Part shown: positions 38,298-48,542 of the stretch, piece by piece
Numbering within the stretch: position 1 is the first letter of the stretch
How the letters are laid out: every line of letters starts with the position of its first letter
Origin: Nitrososphaerota archaeon
GTDB lineage: Archaea > Thermoproteota > Nitrososphaeria > Nitrososphaerales > Nitrosopumilaceae
Assembly (NCBI GenBank): GCA_022565935.1
Contig: JADFJY010000001.1
Span: forward strand, 1 to 54,181
Direction: 5' to 3'
Length of the DNA stretch: 54,181 nt
Made by a program: the position numbers and the translations under genes
The notes under the pieces: model-generated
Database searches by the model: none
Seen by the model: the letters and a program-made list of their open reading frames with translations, nothing else
What the model was told of the DNA's origin: nothing

Positions 38298-40226
38298 TTT
38301 TATAGCTTCTTGAATTTGAGGATAATGTGCAGGTAACCTATACATTCGTCTAATATTCATAGCAAGATTTTCTGATTTTTTACGTTCTCCGTGATTAACT
38401 AGAACTCTTCGAAGTTTTGGTCGTAGTCTTTGTACAAATGACATCAATTGATTATAATCACTGTGACCACTGAATCCGTCTAGTCTTTCAACACTACTAT
38501 TAATGGTAATAACTTCAATTTTACCCTCTCTTCCTAACATAGATACTTGTTTAGAACCATCAAGAACCCTTCTTCCCATAGTTCCATTAACTTGGTAAGA
38601 AACAAACAATACTTTGTTCTTTTTGTCAGGTGCAATGTTTTTGAAGTATTCTAAAACAGGACCGCCTTCTAACATTCCTGATGTTGCTAAAATAATACAT
38701 GGTGAATTTTCTCTCATTGGTTCTTCTCTAGCATCTGAATGCTCAATATTTGTGAAATATTCAGAATCAAATGGGTTATCATCAGTTTCTAAGATCTTTT
38801 GCTTAAGTTCTCTTGCTAGATATTCTGGATAGGATTCATGAATAGCTGATGCCTCAGAAATCATTCCTTCTGTAAAGACTGGTGCTTCAATCATTTCTCC
38901 TGATTTCATATAGTGATCTATTACCATCATGATTTCTTGAGCACGACCAACTGCTGGAATAGGAATCAAAACTTTTCCTCCATCTGCCAAAGTATTGTTT
39001 ACTGCATTAATAAAAGCAGATTCTACTTCTTGTCTACTTGGTTGAATATCTTCTTTAAGACCATAAGTACTTTCAATCAACAATGTTTCTACTCTTGGAA
39101 AATTCCAACTAGCAGCTTCAAACAAAATACTTTTTCCAAATTTTATATCACCTGAATAAACAAAATTATGATTACCATTTCCAATATGAAAATGACATAA
39201 AGCAGAACCTAGAATATGACCTGCATTTGCAAAAACTAATTTTATGTCAGGAGAAATATCAGTAACAGTTCCATATGGTAAAGTAATTGCTTGTCTCATG
39301 ACTTGTTTAACATCTCGTTCTGAGTAAATTGGAGTTCTGCCTTGTGCAGTAGCTACTTTGATTGCATCTAATTGAATTAGATTCATCATAGGAAGTGTTG
39401 GTTCTGTACAATAAATTGGACCTTTGTAACCATATTTACACAATGTTGGTAAGAATCCAGTGTGATCCAAGTGTGCATGCCCAATAACTATTGCATCAAG
39501 TTCGTCTAGTGTCAGATTTAGAGAATCAAGTCTTGGAAATGCATCCATTGGTGAACGTGCTCCAGGATTAATTCCACAATCAATTAAGATTTTACTTTCA
39601 GGAGTAGATAGTAATAAAGAGGATCTACCAACTTGACCAAATCCACCAAGAGTATAAAGAGAAACTTCAGTTCTTTGAGATAGCCTAGGTCTGAAAATTT
39701 CATCACCCACTTGTCTGAGTTGTTTGCTCCTCTCAGAAGAGTATTGTTTCAAAGTTGCATTGATTGTTTGAATTGTACGTGAAGGTATAGTTGTAGATTT
39801 TCTAATACGTAATTTCCATCCTGTTTTTTCGGTAACTTCAGCGTGATTGAATTCCTTAGCATCTCTTTGTAACAACCAAGGTCTTTTTACTTCAACTGAA
39901 ACTTCACCAGTGGCTGTATCAAAAATAGTTCCTTGTAGATTTGCTTCTTTTGGAACACATTCTGCAAGAATTCGTCTAGCTTCATCTTCAGGTTTTCTAA
40001 TGGATTCATCTGTCCTTACAACAATTCTTTTTTTAATTACATTAACAAGATTTGATATTGTTTCATTATTTTCCATCAGATAACGAGGAGTTTTTGTGTA
40101 AAGAGCAATTCGTGGTCCTTCATATTCAATTTTTGTAACACCTGCCTCTTTTGGAATACTTTGCAGTATGGTGGCCATTATATTTTGGCTAGAAGGTAAT
40201 TCTTTTTGTTGTTGTTTTCTTTGCAT
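38289..40226 (-). CDS. fttA: Beta-CASP ribonuclease aCPSF1/FttA with KH domains
   Basis: IEYEGP KH region; LGGFGQVGRS, HAHLDH, AGHILGS and GFSGHSD motifs; follows psmB as is usual in archaea. Confidence 0.95.
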   Translation of the reverse strand: MQRKQQQKELPSSQNIMATILQSIPKEAGVTKIEYEGPRIALYTKTPRYLMENNETISNLVNVIKKRIVVRTDESIRKPEDEARRILAECVPKEANLQGTIFDTATGEVSVEVKRPWLLQRDAKEFNHAEVTEKTGWKLRIRKSTTIPSRTIQTINATLKQYSSERSKQLRQVGDEIFRPRLSQRTEVSLYTLGGFGQVGRSSLLLSTPESKILIDCGINPGARSPMDAFPRLDSLNLTLDELDAIVIGHAHLDHTGFLPTLCKYGYKGPIYCTEPTLPMMNLIQLDAIKVATAQGRTPIYSERDVKQVMRQAITLPYGTVTDISPDIKLVFANAGHILGSALCHFHIGNGNHNFVYSGDIKFGKSILFEAASWNFPRVETLLIESTYGLKEDIQPSRQEVESAFINAVNNTLADGGKVLIPIPAVGRAQEIMMVIDHYMKSGEMIEAPVFTEGMISEASAIHESYPEYLARELKQKILETDDNPFDSEYFTNIEHSDAREEPMRENSPCIILATSGMLEGGPVLEYFKNIAPDKKNKVLFVSYQVNGTMGRRVLDGSKQVSMLGREGKIEVITINSSVERLDGFSGHSDYNQLMSFVQRLRPKLRRVLVNHGERKKSENLAMNIRRMYRLPAHYPQIQEAIKLF

Positions 40227-40233
40227 AAAATCA

Positions 40234-40866
40234 CTAAAGTTCGATGACTGATTTCTTTTGTTCATCTGTCAAAAGACGGAATCCATCTTTATCCATTACT
40301 GAGATGTTAATTCCATCACCAGTACCAATATTTCTAACTATTGCAGCTTTAACAGCTCGTAGAGCTATTTTTTTTGCTTCTTCAACTGTAATATCTTTTT
40401 GATATTCCTCTTCAAGTAAACCATAAGCCACTGGTGAACCACTACCAGTTGTAACATATGATTTTTCTTCAACTGAACCAAACATATCAATATTAAATAA
40501 TGCAGGGCCATTTGTGTCATAACCACCAAGCAAGATATCAGCCATGAATGGATAACCTCTATTTTGATGAAATATCAATGAGCAAAGTCTGGCAAGTGAA
40601 TGAATTGCGATTGGACTTTGTTTTTCAACTCTGTGAAGATTAGCATGATAACGTAAAATATCAACAATATTTTGTGCGTCTGCCACACCACCTGCCAATG
40701 TTAATCCTGCGTGCAAATCAATTTTTTGAATTTTCATCGTGTTATTGTTTGCAATAAAATAACCTGCACTAGCTCTCATATCAGCACATAAGACAACACC
40801 ATCGGTAGCTTTGATACCTACAGTGGTTGTCCCATGCAAAATTTTTTCTTCAACGTTGTTCGACAA
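40234..40866 (-). CDS. psmB: Proteasome subunit beta
   Basis: Propeptide then HG/TTTVG; GSGS motif. Confidence 0.96.
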   Translation of the reverse strand: MSNNVEEKILHGTTTVGIKATDGVVLCADMRASAGYFIANNNTMKIQKIDLHAGLTLAGGVADAQNIVDILRYHANLHRVEKQSPIAIHSLARLCSLIFHQNRGYPFMADILLGGYDTNGPALFNIDMFGSVEEKSYVTTGSGSPVAYGLLEEEYQKDITVEEAKKIALRAVKAAIVRNIGTGDGINISVMDKDGFRLLTDEQKKSVIEL

Positions 40867-40942
40867 AAATTACACCTATTAAGATAAAGTGGATTGCAGG
40901 TTCCCTTTTAAATAACTTTTTGATCCCTGAAAATCATAAATA

Positions 40943-42007
40943 ATGACAAAAAATCAAGATCGCATGCAATCGCATACGATGGAACTTCCTAGGCTCATTG
41001 AAATTGGTGAGAAGAATATTGGCGATTTTGGAAAATTTCTAAATTCATTAAACAAACCAAAAAAAGTTTCTTTAATTTCTGGAATAAATGTTCAAAAGGT
41101 TTTAAGGAAAAAAATTGAAAAATCACTCAAAGCAAAAAAAATTCGATTTATTTGGCATACATCAAAAGACAATCAAATAAAATCATTAAATAAAATTCAA
41201 AAAGATGTTAAAAAAGACAATTCGGACTTGGTGGTTGGGATTGGTGGAGGTCGTTCTGTAGATATAGCAAAATTGATTTCATATAATTTAGGTAAACCAT
41301 TTGTAAGTTTACCAACTGCAGCTTCTCATGATGGAATGGCAAGTCCATTTGTTTCTGTAAAAAGTGATTTGCCACATTCGATTGTGGCATCTGCACCTAT
41401 GGGTGTTTTTGTAGATATTGATGTAATTAGAAAAGCTCCAGCCAAGTTGTTAGCTAGTGGTTGTGGAGATCTTATTGCAAATCTCATAGCAGTAAAGGAT
41501 TGGCAATTAGGTCACAAAAAGAAGAAAGAATACTATGGTAGATATGCTGCAAATCTAGCCTTGATGAGCGCCAAGATAGTTATGGAAAATTCTTCCAGAT
41601 TTGCAAAGGAAGGATTGGATGCAAGAATAATTGTGGAAGGATTGATCAGTGCAGGAGTAGCATCATGTATTGCAGGAAGCAGTAGACCATGTTCTGGTGC
41701 AGAACATCTTTTTTCACACGCACTTGATAAAATAGCTCCTGGTATTGGACTTCATGGAGAAAAATGTGGAATTGGTTCTATAATGATTGCAAAATTACAA
41801 GGACAAGATTGGAAAAAAATTGTAAAGACATTGAAAGATGTCAAAGCTCCAACAACTGCAAAACAAATTGGTCTTAAACCAGATATAATAATAAAAGCCC
41901 TAATTATGGCACAAGGATTGCGACCAGAGAGATATACAATTTTAAAAGAAATTAAAATGACTGAAAAAAGAGCACGAAGTCTTGCAAAGAGTACTAAAGT
42001 GATTTAA
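40943..42007 (+). CDS. egsA: sn-glycerol-1-phosphate dehydrogenase
   Basis: GGGRSVD, PTAASHDG, SRPCSGAEHLFSHALD and LHGE motifs. Confidence 0.95.
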   Translation: MTKNQDRMQSHTMELPRLIEIGEKNIGDFGKFLNSLNKPKKVSLISGINVQKVLRKKIEKSLKAKKIRFIWHTSKDNQIKSLNKIQKDVKKDNSDLVVGIGGGRSVDIAKLISYNLGKPFVSLPTAASHDGMASPFVSVKSDLPHSIVASAPMGVFVDIDVIRKAPAKLLASGCGDLIANLIAVKDWQLGHKKKKEYYGRYAANLALMSAKIVMENSSRFAKEGLDARIIVEGLISAGVASCIAGSSRPCSGAEHLFSHALDKIAPGIGLHGEKCGIGSIMIAKLQGQDWKKIVKTLKDVKAPTTAKQIGLKPDIIIKALIMAQGLRPERYTILKEIKMTEKRARSLAKSTKVI

Positions 42008-42008
42008 T

Positions 42009-42755
42009 TTATGCAGCCTTTTGTTCAATTGTTTTTTCTTTTGTTTCAGATTTCTTCTCCTGAGTTTGTTTATTGACATGTGTTTCAACAAAACTTGCTT
42101 TTTCTAAAGTTGGAACAAACTTGAAAATATCTAATTGAATAAAATGTTTCATTATTTGTAAACCATCTGCACGTAAAATTTCCTCAGGAATTGTAATGTT
42201 TACTTGTTTATCCTTTAAGTCAAATACAATTTTTGATTCCTCTACAGGAAGTCTATTTTTAAGAATTCCATCTATTTTGTCACTTGGAGAATCAAGTGAT
42301 TTTATTACATTTACATCATATAGAATTGTTTTTCCTGCGTACCTATGATTATAATCTATTTGAACTCTACCAGAACCAATTAAACGAATAATTCCTCTTT
42401 TATTATCAACATCAATTGTATCACCTACTGAAACTTTCTCTGCATCTTCGCCTAATTTTCGAATAGGAATCATTCTAACTTTTTTTGGATCTCTTTCACC
42501 AAAACCTTTGTCAGGTGAAACTTCAACTGTAAGTTTATCTCCTACAGATGTTTTTGCAAGTGCTTCATCTAATCCTTTGAGAACAGGATAAGATACTTCA
42601 CCTATAGAAACTAGTTTTGGTTGATATTTGACATTTTGTTCATGAATAGAATGTTTTTTTGCATCCTCTTCAATGGTCGTATCAAAGACTTCATCAGTAT
42701 CTTTTACCTTTGCAGTATAATCTATTAGAATTAATGAGCCTTTATTGAAAGTCAA
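42009..42755 (-). CDS. Long-type FKBP peptidyl-prolyl isomerase (SlyD-like)
   Basis: VFDTT, GLDEAL and DYNHRYAGK motifs. Confidence 0.9.
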   Translation of the reverse strand: MTFNKGSLILIDYTAKVKDTDEVFDTTIEEDAKKHSIHEQNVKYQPKLVSIGEVSYPVLKGLDEALAKTSVGDKLTVEVSPDKGFGERDPKKVRMIPIRKLGEDAEKVSVGDTIDVDNKRGIIRLIGSGRVQIDYNHRYAGKTILYDVNVIKSLDSPSDKIDGILKNRLPVEESKIVFDLKDKQVNITIPEEILRADGLQIMKHFIQLDIFKFVPTLEKASFVETHVNKQTQEKKSETKEKTIEQKAA

Positions 42756-42796
42756 TGTGTTCGGTCTCGAATTTCCTTATATTAAGTTAACAGAGT

Positions 42797-43945
42797 TTAG
42801 AGAGCTTTTAGTTTTTCTTCTGCAGTTTTAAGTCCTGCTTTAGCATCTGTATCATATCCCATCATTGCTAAAGTAGATGAAATTGCAGAAATGGTTCGCA
42901 TTACATGATATGGACTAACTTCTCCCATACATCCAACTCTGAATACCTTTCCTTTAAGATCTCCAAAACCACCTGCTACCAAGACTCTGAATTTGTCTGC
43001 TAGTGTACTTCTGAAAGTCTTGTCTTCGAGTCCATCTAAATAATTTAAGGCAACAATTGTGATAGAACGATCTTCTTCTTTTGTAACATATGGTGTTAAA
43101 CCAATTGCACTTAATCCAGAGTATAATGCATCAGAACAAATCTTGTGACGCTTATAGACATTTTGTAATCCTTCTTCTAAAATTATTGTTAGTGCTTCTC
43201 TGTATGCATAAAGTAAAGGTAATGCAGGAGTGAAAGGAGTATGTTTTGATTCTTCGTAATATTTGAAATATCTTGCTAAATTGAAGTACACTGTGGATGG
43301 TGGGTTTTCTATCATGTATTTTTTAGCTTTAGCACTTATAGATATTGGTGAAATACCTGGAGGGGCGGCAAGTGCTTTTTGTGCTCCAGTTAGACATACA
43401 TCAATATTCCATTTATCTACTGGAAGTTCAACACCTCCAAGTAAAGAAACAGAATCTACAACATAGAATGCATCATTTCTAGATGTTAAGTCAGATATTT
43501 TATCAAGATAATTTACCATTGTTCCAGTAGAAGTTTCATTGTGAACAACATAGAATGCTTTAACATCTTTATTGTTATCAAATGCTTCTTTTATTTGATC
43601 AAAAGTTGCATTTTGTCCTGGTGGAGTTTGGAGTCTAACAACATTAGCTCCTTGACCTTCAATAAGTTGTGATAGTCTATTACTAAATTCTCCATTTACA
43701 GGAATTATGATTTTATCATCTTTTTTTACTAGATTAATTACGCTTGCTTCTACTGCACCTGTTCCAGATGCAGATAAAGCTACAATATCATTTTGTGTTT
43801 CAAATACTTTTTGAGTTTTTTCAATAACATCAGTGTATAATTCTACAAAATCATCGCTTCTGTGATTAATAATAGGTGCAAGCATTGCCCTCATTACTCT
43901 ATTAGGTACATTTGTTGGACCTGGTAGCATTGAAAGATATTCCAT
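42797..43945 (-). CDS. Class V PLP aminotransferase (serine/alanine-glyoxylate-like)
   Basis: LPGPT, HNETSTG, VDSVS and AQKALAAPPG (PLP Lys) motifs. Confidence 0.92.
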   Translation of the reverse strand: MEYLSMLPGPTNVPNRVMRAMLAPIINHRSDDFVELYTDVIEKTQKVFETQNDIVALSASGTGAVEASVINLVKKDDKIIIPVNGEFSNRLSQLIEGQGANVVRLQTPPGQNATFDQIKEAFDNNKDVKAFYVVHNETSTGTMVNYLDKISDLTSRNDAFYVVDSVSLLGGVELPVDKWNIDVCLTGAQKALAAPPGISPISISAKAKKYMIENPPSTVYFNLARYFKYYEESKHTPFTPALPLLYAYREALTIILEEGLQNVYKRHKICSDALYSGLSAIGLTPYVTKEEDRSITIVALNYLDGLEDKTFRSTLADKFRVLVAGGFGDLKGKVFRVGCMGEVSPYHVMRTISAISSTLAMMGYDTDAKAGLKTAEEKLKAL

Positions 43946-43987
43946 TTGTAATCTACGATGTCAGTGAATTATGAGGTTTATTTATAA

Positions 43988-44482
43988 TTAAAGATTTTTC
44001 AAATACTCTTTTGCACCATTTTTGATCAAAAAATTTTTTGTACCTTCAGGAACAAGATCATCCCATTTTTGATCGCTAGTAATTAGATTCCGAATCTTAG
44101 TTCCTGATAATACATCTCTTTTCAAAAATGGAATAGTAATTATTTTAACAGTCCTTTTTGAATACAGATGTTTTGTTAATTCATCGTTTGAAAAAACTAT
44201 ATCAAATTTTGGAACAATAGTATCTATTTTTTCAATCCATTCAACATGATTATCCAAATCTGGAATAAAATAAATTGAAATTCTCTCTTTTATTGAATCA
44301 TCAATTGAGGATAAAATCATATCTCTTCGTTCCTCTGCAGAAAAAGGATTGTTTTTTTGTGCAGGTTTGTTAGAACTGCCCAAGCCAACCCATAATTTAT
44401 CAACTTTTGATAGTGCAAATTGTAATGCTTCAAGATGCCCCAAGTGAAAAGGTTGGAATCGCCCAATCAACAAACCGTTCAT
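43988..44482 (-). CDS. nadM: Nicotinamide-nucleotide adenylyltransferase
   Basis: GRFQPFHLGH, NPFSAEER and SGTKIR motifs. Confidence 0.93.
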   Translation of the reverse strand: MNGLLIGRFQPFHLGHLEALQFALSKVDKLWVGLGSSNKPAQKNNPFSAEERRDMILSSIDDSIKERISIYFIPDLDNHVEWIEKIDTIVPKFDIVFSNDELTKHLYSKRTVKIITIPFLKRDVLSGTKIRNLITSDQKWDDLVPEGTKNFLIKNGAKEYLKNL

Positions 44483-44544
44483 ACAAAAATATAGATAATT
44501 TCTTTTTAAAAAACTATCATAAAGAGTTGTAATTAGAAAAAACT

Positions 44545-45570
44545 ATGGATTTTTTAGAAATTAATGGAGGATTTGGTGAAGGGGGTGGACAAATAATCCG
44601 TTCAGCAATTTCACTTTCGTGTATTACAAAACAACCAATTCATTTAGAAAATATAAGAAAGAATAGAAAGATTCCAGGATTAAGACCACAACACCTTACA
44701 ACGATAAAAATTCTTCAAAAAATTACAAATGCTAAAGTGATTGGAGCAGAGATAGGATCTATTGATTTAAAATTCATCCCAAATAATATCGAAAGTTTAG
44801 AATTAATTGAAGATGTAGGAACAGCTGGTAGTATTTCTTTAATTTTACAAGTTTTAATTCCCATAGTTGCTATTTCTCAAAAAAAACTCAATTTGACAAT
44901 TAAGGGTGGTACAGATGTACTTTGGAGTCCTTCAATTGATTATACTCAACATATACTAAGAGAGGCATATTCTAGAATGGGAATAAAATTTTCAGTTAAA
45001 TTGAGCAAACGAGGTTACTATCCAAAAGGAAATGGAGAAATTAATTTGCAAGTATATCCATCTCTTATAAAATCAGTATCATTTACAAAAAGAAAAACAA
45101 ATTCTGTTAAATTAATTTGTACATTTTCAAAACTTTCAATTAAAAAAATTAAAAAACAAATTGATGAAATCAAAGAAAAATTAACTAAAGAAAATTTTAT
45201 TGTTGAAACAGAAATTAGAAATCAAGAAGCAATAGATTCAGGAGCATCTTTGTTAATTTACAGTATTGATGAACATTCAATTATAGGAGTTGATGCGTTG
45301 TTTAATAAAAAAACACAAAGATTTGATTTAGATTTTGATAGATTTGTTAAAAATCAACTAGGAGTAGATGAGAATTTAGCAGATATGCTTGTAGTTCCTG
45401 CAAGTTTAGGTCAGAAAAAAACAACATTTCAGGTGAGAGAGATTACAAAACACTTGGAGACAAATTTGTTTGTTACATCAAAAATTACAGGTTGTAAATA
45501 TGGAATTGGAAGATTAACTAATGGATTTGAGGTAATTATTGAGGGAAGCTCAAACTCCAGCATCAAGTAA
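44545..45570 (+). CDS. rtcA: RNA 3'-terminal phosphate cyclase
   Basis: GEGGGQIIR, GGTDV and RGYYPKG motifs; catalytic His in TKHLETN. Confidence 0.93.
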   Translation: MDFLEINGGFGEGGGQIIRSAISLSCITKQPIHLENIRKNRKIPGLRPQHLTTIKILQKITNAKVIGAEIGSIDLKFIPNNIESLELIEDVGTAGSISLILQVLIPIVAISQKKLNLTIKGGTDVLWSPSIDYTQHILREAYSRMGIKFSVKLSKRGYYPKGNGEINLQVYPSLIKSVSFTKRKTNSVKLICTFSKLSIKKIKKQIDEIKEKLTKENFIVETEIRNQEAIDSGASLLIYSIDEHSIIGVDALFNKKTQRFDLDFDRFVKNQLGVDENLADMLVVPASLGQKKTTFQVREITKHLETNLFVTSKITGCKYGIGRLTNGFEVIIEGSSNSSIK

Positions 45571-46047
45571 TGATGCAAAAAATAGAATTGCTATTGATAA
45601 AAATACTGTAACTTCCCCAAGAATAATAATTTTTTTTCTTAATTTTTGAATTTGTGATGCTGACATTTTATTCGACATAATTTTTTCTTCAACATCCTTA
45701 CGAATTACTCTAACATGTACTGCATATGTAATTACTAGAGCAATTACAAGAATTATCTTAACAATTAGAAATGTTCCATAACTTGTTGAAATAAGAAGTT
45801 CAGGTTTACTGAGTAACACATGAGAACTATACAATCCAGTTGCCATTAAAATTATCAATGATGGAACAGCAATTTTGTTAAATCGTTTTCCAACTAGAAT
45901 CATTATTTTCATTCTTTCTTCAAGAGAATCAGCCATTGTTTTTAGAAGTGGAGAAAATACAATACCAATGAAAAGTGAACCGCCTACCCATATTGCAGCT
46001 GCAATAAGATGAATCCAAGTTAGAATTGCTTGCTCTAATGCAGTCAT
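45550..46047 (-). CDS. copD: CopD-family membrane protein
   Basis: WIHLIAAAIWVGG and TSYG..L..K motifs; four TMs. Confidence 0.8.
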   Translation of the reverse strand: MTALEQAILTWIHLIAAAIWVGGSLFIGIVFSPLLKTMADSLEERMKIMILVGKRFNKIAVPSLIILMATGLYSSHVLLSKPELLISTSYGTFLIVKIILVIALVITYAVHVRVIRKDVEEKIMSNKMSASQIQKLRKKIIILGEVTVFLSIAILFFASLLDAGV

Positions 46048-46129
46048 AGAATACGATATTTTAAATCAAATATTATGTATTTGGATCTTAACAACCTTTT
46101 TTAATTGTAGATAATCTGATAGCATTGAA

Positions 46130-46624
46130 ATGGCTCTTCAAAGTAAAATGACAGTTTATGCTGCATTAGTTGGAGTTTTTGCTTTGATGGGAGGAATTTT
46201 TTATTATGGAAATCTTGATACTGCGAAGATTGAGCAAGTTGAAATTGAATTAATTAATGTAGAACTAAGAGAGGTTAGCACAACAGATAATCAAGTAAAA
46301 TTTGATGTCACGTTTCTTGTAAAAAATCCAAGTGATACAACATTTACAGTTCCACTAATTGAGTATCAACTTTATGGAGATGGTGTTCTGTTAGGTTCAG
46401 CACAATACTCTACATTTGATATTGCAATGCCAGGAAGGGCTGCATTTTTTCCAGGTAATGAACTTCCATTGAAAAACATATTTGTTCTTGAAAAAACTGA
46501 AGTTAATTCAGAAATTTATCAAGATGCCATAGAAAATAGAATTACTAGTTTTTCAGCAGAAGGAAGTATTACTGCTCAGTCTACATGGATGACTATTGAA
46601 AAAGAATTCAAAATTGAAATTTAA
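46130..46624 (+). CDS. Membrane-anchored LEA_2/WHy-like protein
   Basis: N-terminal TM; FLVKNPS...IEYQLYGDG pattern. Confidence 0.6.
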   Translation: MALQSKMTVYAALVGVFALMGGIFYYGNLDTAKIEQVEIELINVELREVSTTDNQVKFDVTFLVKNPSDTTFTVPLIEYQLYGDGVLLGSAQYSTFDIAMPGRAAFFPGNELPLKNIFVLEKTEVNSEIYQDAIENRITSFSAEGSITAQSTWMTIEKEFKIEI

Positions 46625-46632
46625 TAGGAAAG

Positions 46633-46706
46633 TGGGCCGAGTGAGATTCGAACTCACGATCACCGCCGTGTCGAGGCGGTATCCTAACCAGCTAGACTAC
46701 CGGCCC
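46633..46706 (-). tRNA. tRNA-Val(GAC)
   Basis: Cloverleaf GGGCCGG...TCGGCCCA; anticodon arm CCGCC-TCGACAC-GGCGG; TTCGAAT T-loop; CCA not encoded. Confidence 0.96.
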
Positions 46707-46788
46707 ATTGAAAAACAAGACTAGGTGCAGGCATTATTAACGTTTAAGAAAAGAAAGGCTGAATAAAAAGGAAAAAAATGTGAAATAG

Positions 46789-47499
46789 TTGACAGAGGAT
46801 TTTACTGAAGAAGAGAAAAGAGGATTCTACAAGGCAATTTATTCAAGAAGAGATGTAAGATCTCATTTTATCTCAAAACCTATAGAAGATGATATTTTAT
46901 CAAAAATACTACATGCAGCACATCATGCTCCATCAGTAGGATTTTCTCAACCATGGAATTTTATCTTGATAAAAAATATTGAAACAAAAAAGAAAATTAA
47001 AGAATCATTTGAGGAAGAAAAAAATCGTTCGTCAAAATTAATTGAAGAACCAAAGAAATCAAAATATCTTTCATTCAAGCTAGAAGGAATTTTAGAAGCT
47101 CCAGTAAATCTTTGTGTTACATATGATCCAACAAAATTTGGTCCTTTTGTTATTGGTAGATCAAGCATACCTGAAGCAGGACTATACAGTGTATGTTGCG
47201 CAATCCAAAATTTATGGTTATCAGCAAGAACAGAAGGAGTGGGTCTTGGATGGGTAAGTATTCTTTCAAATAAAACTCTAAAAGAAACTCTGGCGTTACC
47301 AGAACATGTAATTCCTGTTGCATACTTGTGTTTAGGATATGTAAATGAATTTGCAGAAAAACCAGATCTTGAGACTGCAAATTGGTTACCAAGACTTGAT
47401 CTAAAAGATGTCGTGTATTTTGAAAAATGGAACGACAAAGAAAACAAAAATTGGAATGGAATTAAAGAAATGATAAGAAATAATCTTGATTACGCTTAA
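46789..47499 (+). CDS. bluB: 5,6-dimethylbenzimidazole synthase
   Basis: RRDVR, APSVGFSQPW, KLEGILEAP and QNLWLSARTEGVGLGWVS motifs. Confidence 0.92.
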   Translation: MTEDFTEEEKRGFYKAIYSRRDVRSHFISKPIEDDILSKILHAAHHAPSVGFSQPWNFILIKNIETKKKIKESFEEEKNRSSKLIEEPKKSKYLSFKLEGILEAPVNLCVTYDPTKFGPFVIGRSSIPEAGLYSVCCAIQNLWLSARTEGVGLGWVSILSNKTLKETLALPEHVIPVAYLCLGYVNEFAEKPDLETANWLPRLDLKDVVYFEKWNDKENKNWNGIKEMIRNNLDYA

Positions 47500-47524
47500 A
47501 TAATTAAGAGTGTTTTTTTTTGCT

Positions 47525-47616
47525 GGGCTTGTGGCGCAGAGTCATTTGACGCGAAGCATGGATAGCGTGGTACTCTCCTAAGGTACAGGTCGAGGGATCG
47601 AAGCCCTCCAAGCCCG
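47525..47616 (+). tRNA. tRNA-Arg(CCU) with a ~17-nt non-canonical D-loop intron (about 47540-47556)
   Basis: Acceptor GGGCTTG/CAAGCCC; anticodon arm GTACT-CTCCTAA-GGTAC; T arm GAGGG/CCCTC; extra hairpin-containing segment in the D loop. Confidence 0.88.
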
Positions 47617-47668
47617 TTAAATTTTTAGAGTCATGGAAATTTATATACAAAGATAAATTGTTGAAGAT

Positions 47669-48199
47669 ATGAAAGTTGTAGTTATTTCTGGAAGTCCGAG
47701 AAAAAATGCTGTTACACAAGTTATGATGAAGTATGTCTATGATTATGCTAAATCAAAAAACCAAGACACAAAATTGATTAATCTTTCAGATGGTCAAATT
47801 GAATGCTATAGAGGATACGGTGAAGAATATAATGAAGCCACAAAGACAGCTGCAAATGACATTACAGATGCTGATGTTTGGATAATAGGAACTCCTATCT
47901 ACAATTCGTTTTTTAGTGCAGCATTAAAAAATTTGTTTGAATATATCAATTATAAAAAAACTGCAGGAAAAGTAGCGGGAATGGCAATTTTAGCTTCTGG
48001 AAATATTGGTTTCACGGATGTTCAGACATTAATCACACAACTGTTATCATACTTTAGAGTAGTAGCAAATCCAAAGGCTGTGTTTCTCACAACAGAAGCA
48101 ATTACTGATAATTCTGTTTCAGATGTAAATGCACAAAATAGACTAAAAGAAATGGTAGATGAAACTTTGGAACTTGCTTCTAAATTACGTCAAGATTAG
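47669..48199 (+). CDS. NAD(P)H-dependent FMN reductase
   Basis: ISGSPRK and GTPIYN...AALKN flavodoxin-like motifs. Confidence 0.9.
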   Translation: MKVVVISGSPRKNAVTQVMMKYVYDYAKSKNQDTKLINLSDGQIECYRGYGEEYNEATKTAANDITDADVWIIGTPIYNSFFSAALKNLFEYINYKKTAGKVAGMAILASGNIGFTDVQTLITQLLSYFRVVANPKAVFLTTEAITDNSVSDVNAQNRLKEMVDETLELASKLRQD

Positions 48200-48465
48200 A
48201 GTGTAGATATTCTATAAAAATTTTAATAGATAACTAACATCAAAAATATTTCTAGATTTATCGTCGTGAGAGTTTAGTAATCTAAATTTGTATTCATAAA
48301 AATTATTTTCATTTCCTGTAATTTAAGTAAAGTGTATTAGTTCATATTATTTCCTGCAACAAATTCATAATTGTTAAAAATGTGTATTAGAAAATCTAAT
48401 AATTAACAAACCAATAATAATACTTGTAAAGAGCAGAGTTTAATATATTATAGAATAACTCTATT

Positions 48466-48486
48466 TTAGAATAAAATTTATTCTAA
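48466..48486. promoter_or_regulatory. Perfect 10-1-10 palindrome TTAGAATAAA-A-TTTATTCTAA
   Basis: Arms are exact reverse complements; extra half-site TAGAATAA at 48451-48458; lies upstream of the Cys-rich micro-ORF. Confidence 0.5.
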
Positions 48487-48542
48487 TTCATTTATGTTCA
48501 AACGTAAAATATTAACATGGCAAAGAAATAGTATTATTAAGT

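Noticed and set aside
47504-47719. 71-aa minus-strand ORF
   Set aside because: Antisense to tRNA-Arg and the FMN reductase start; spurious
48200-48445. Possible gene remnant (minus-strand TLLFTSIIIGLLII segment) and short GTGTATTAG repeats
   Set aside because: Too short and stop-rich to distinguish from AT-rich intergenic sequence
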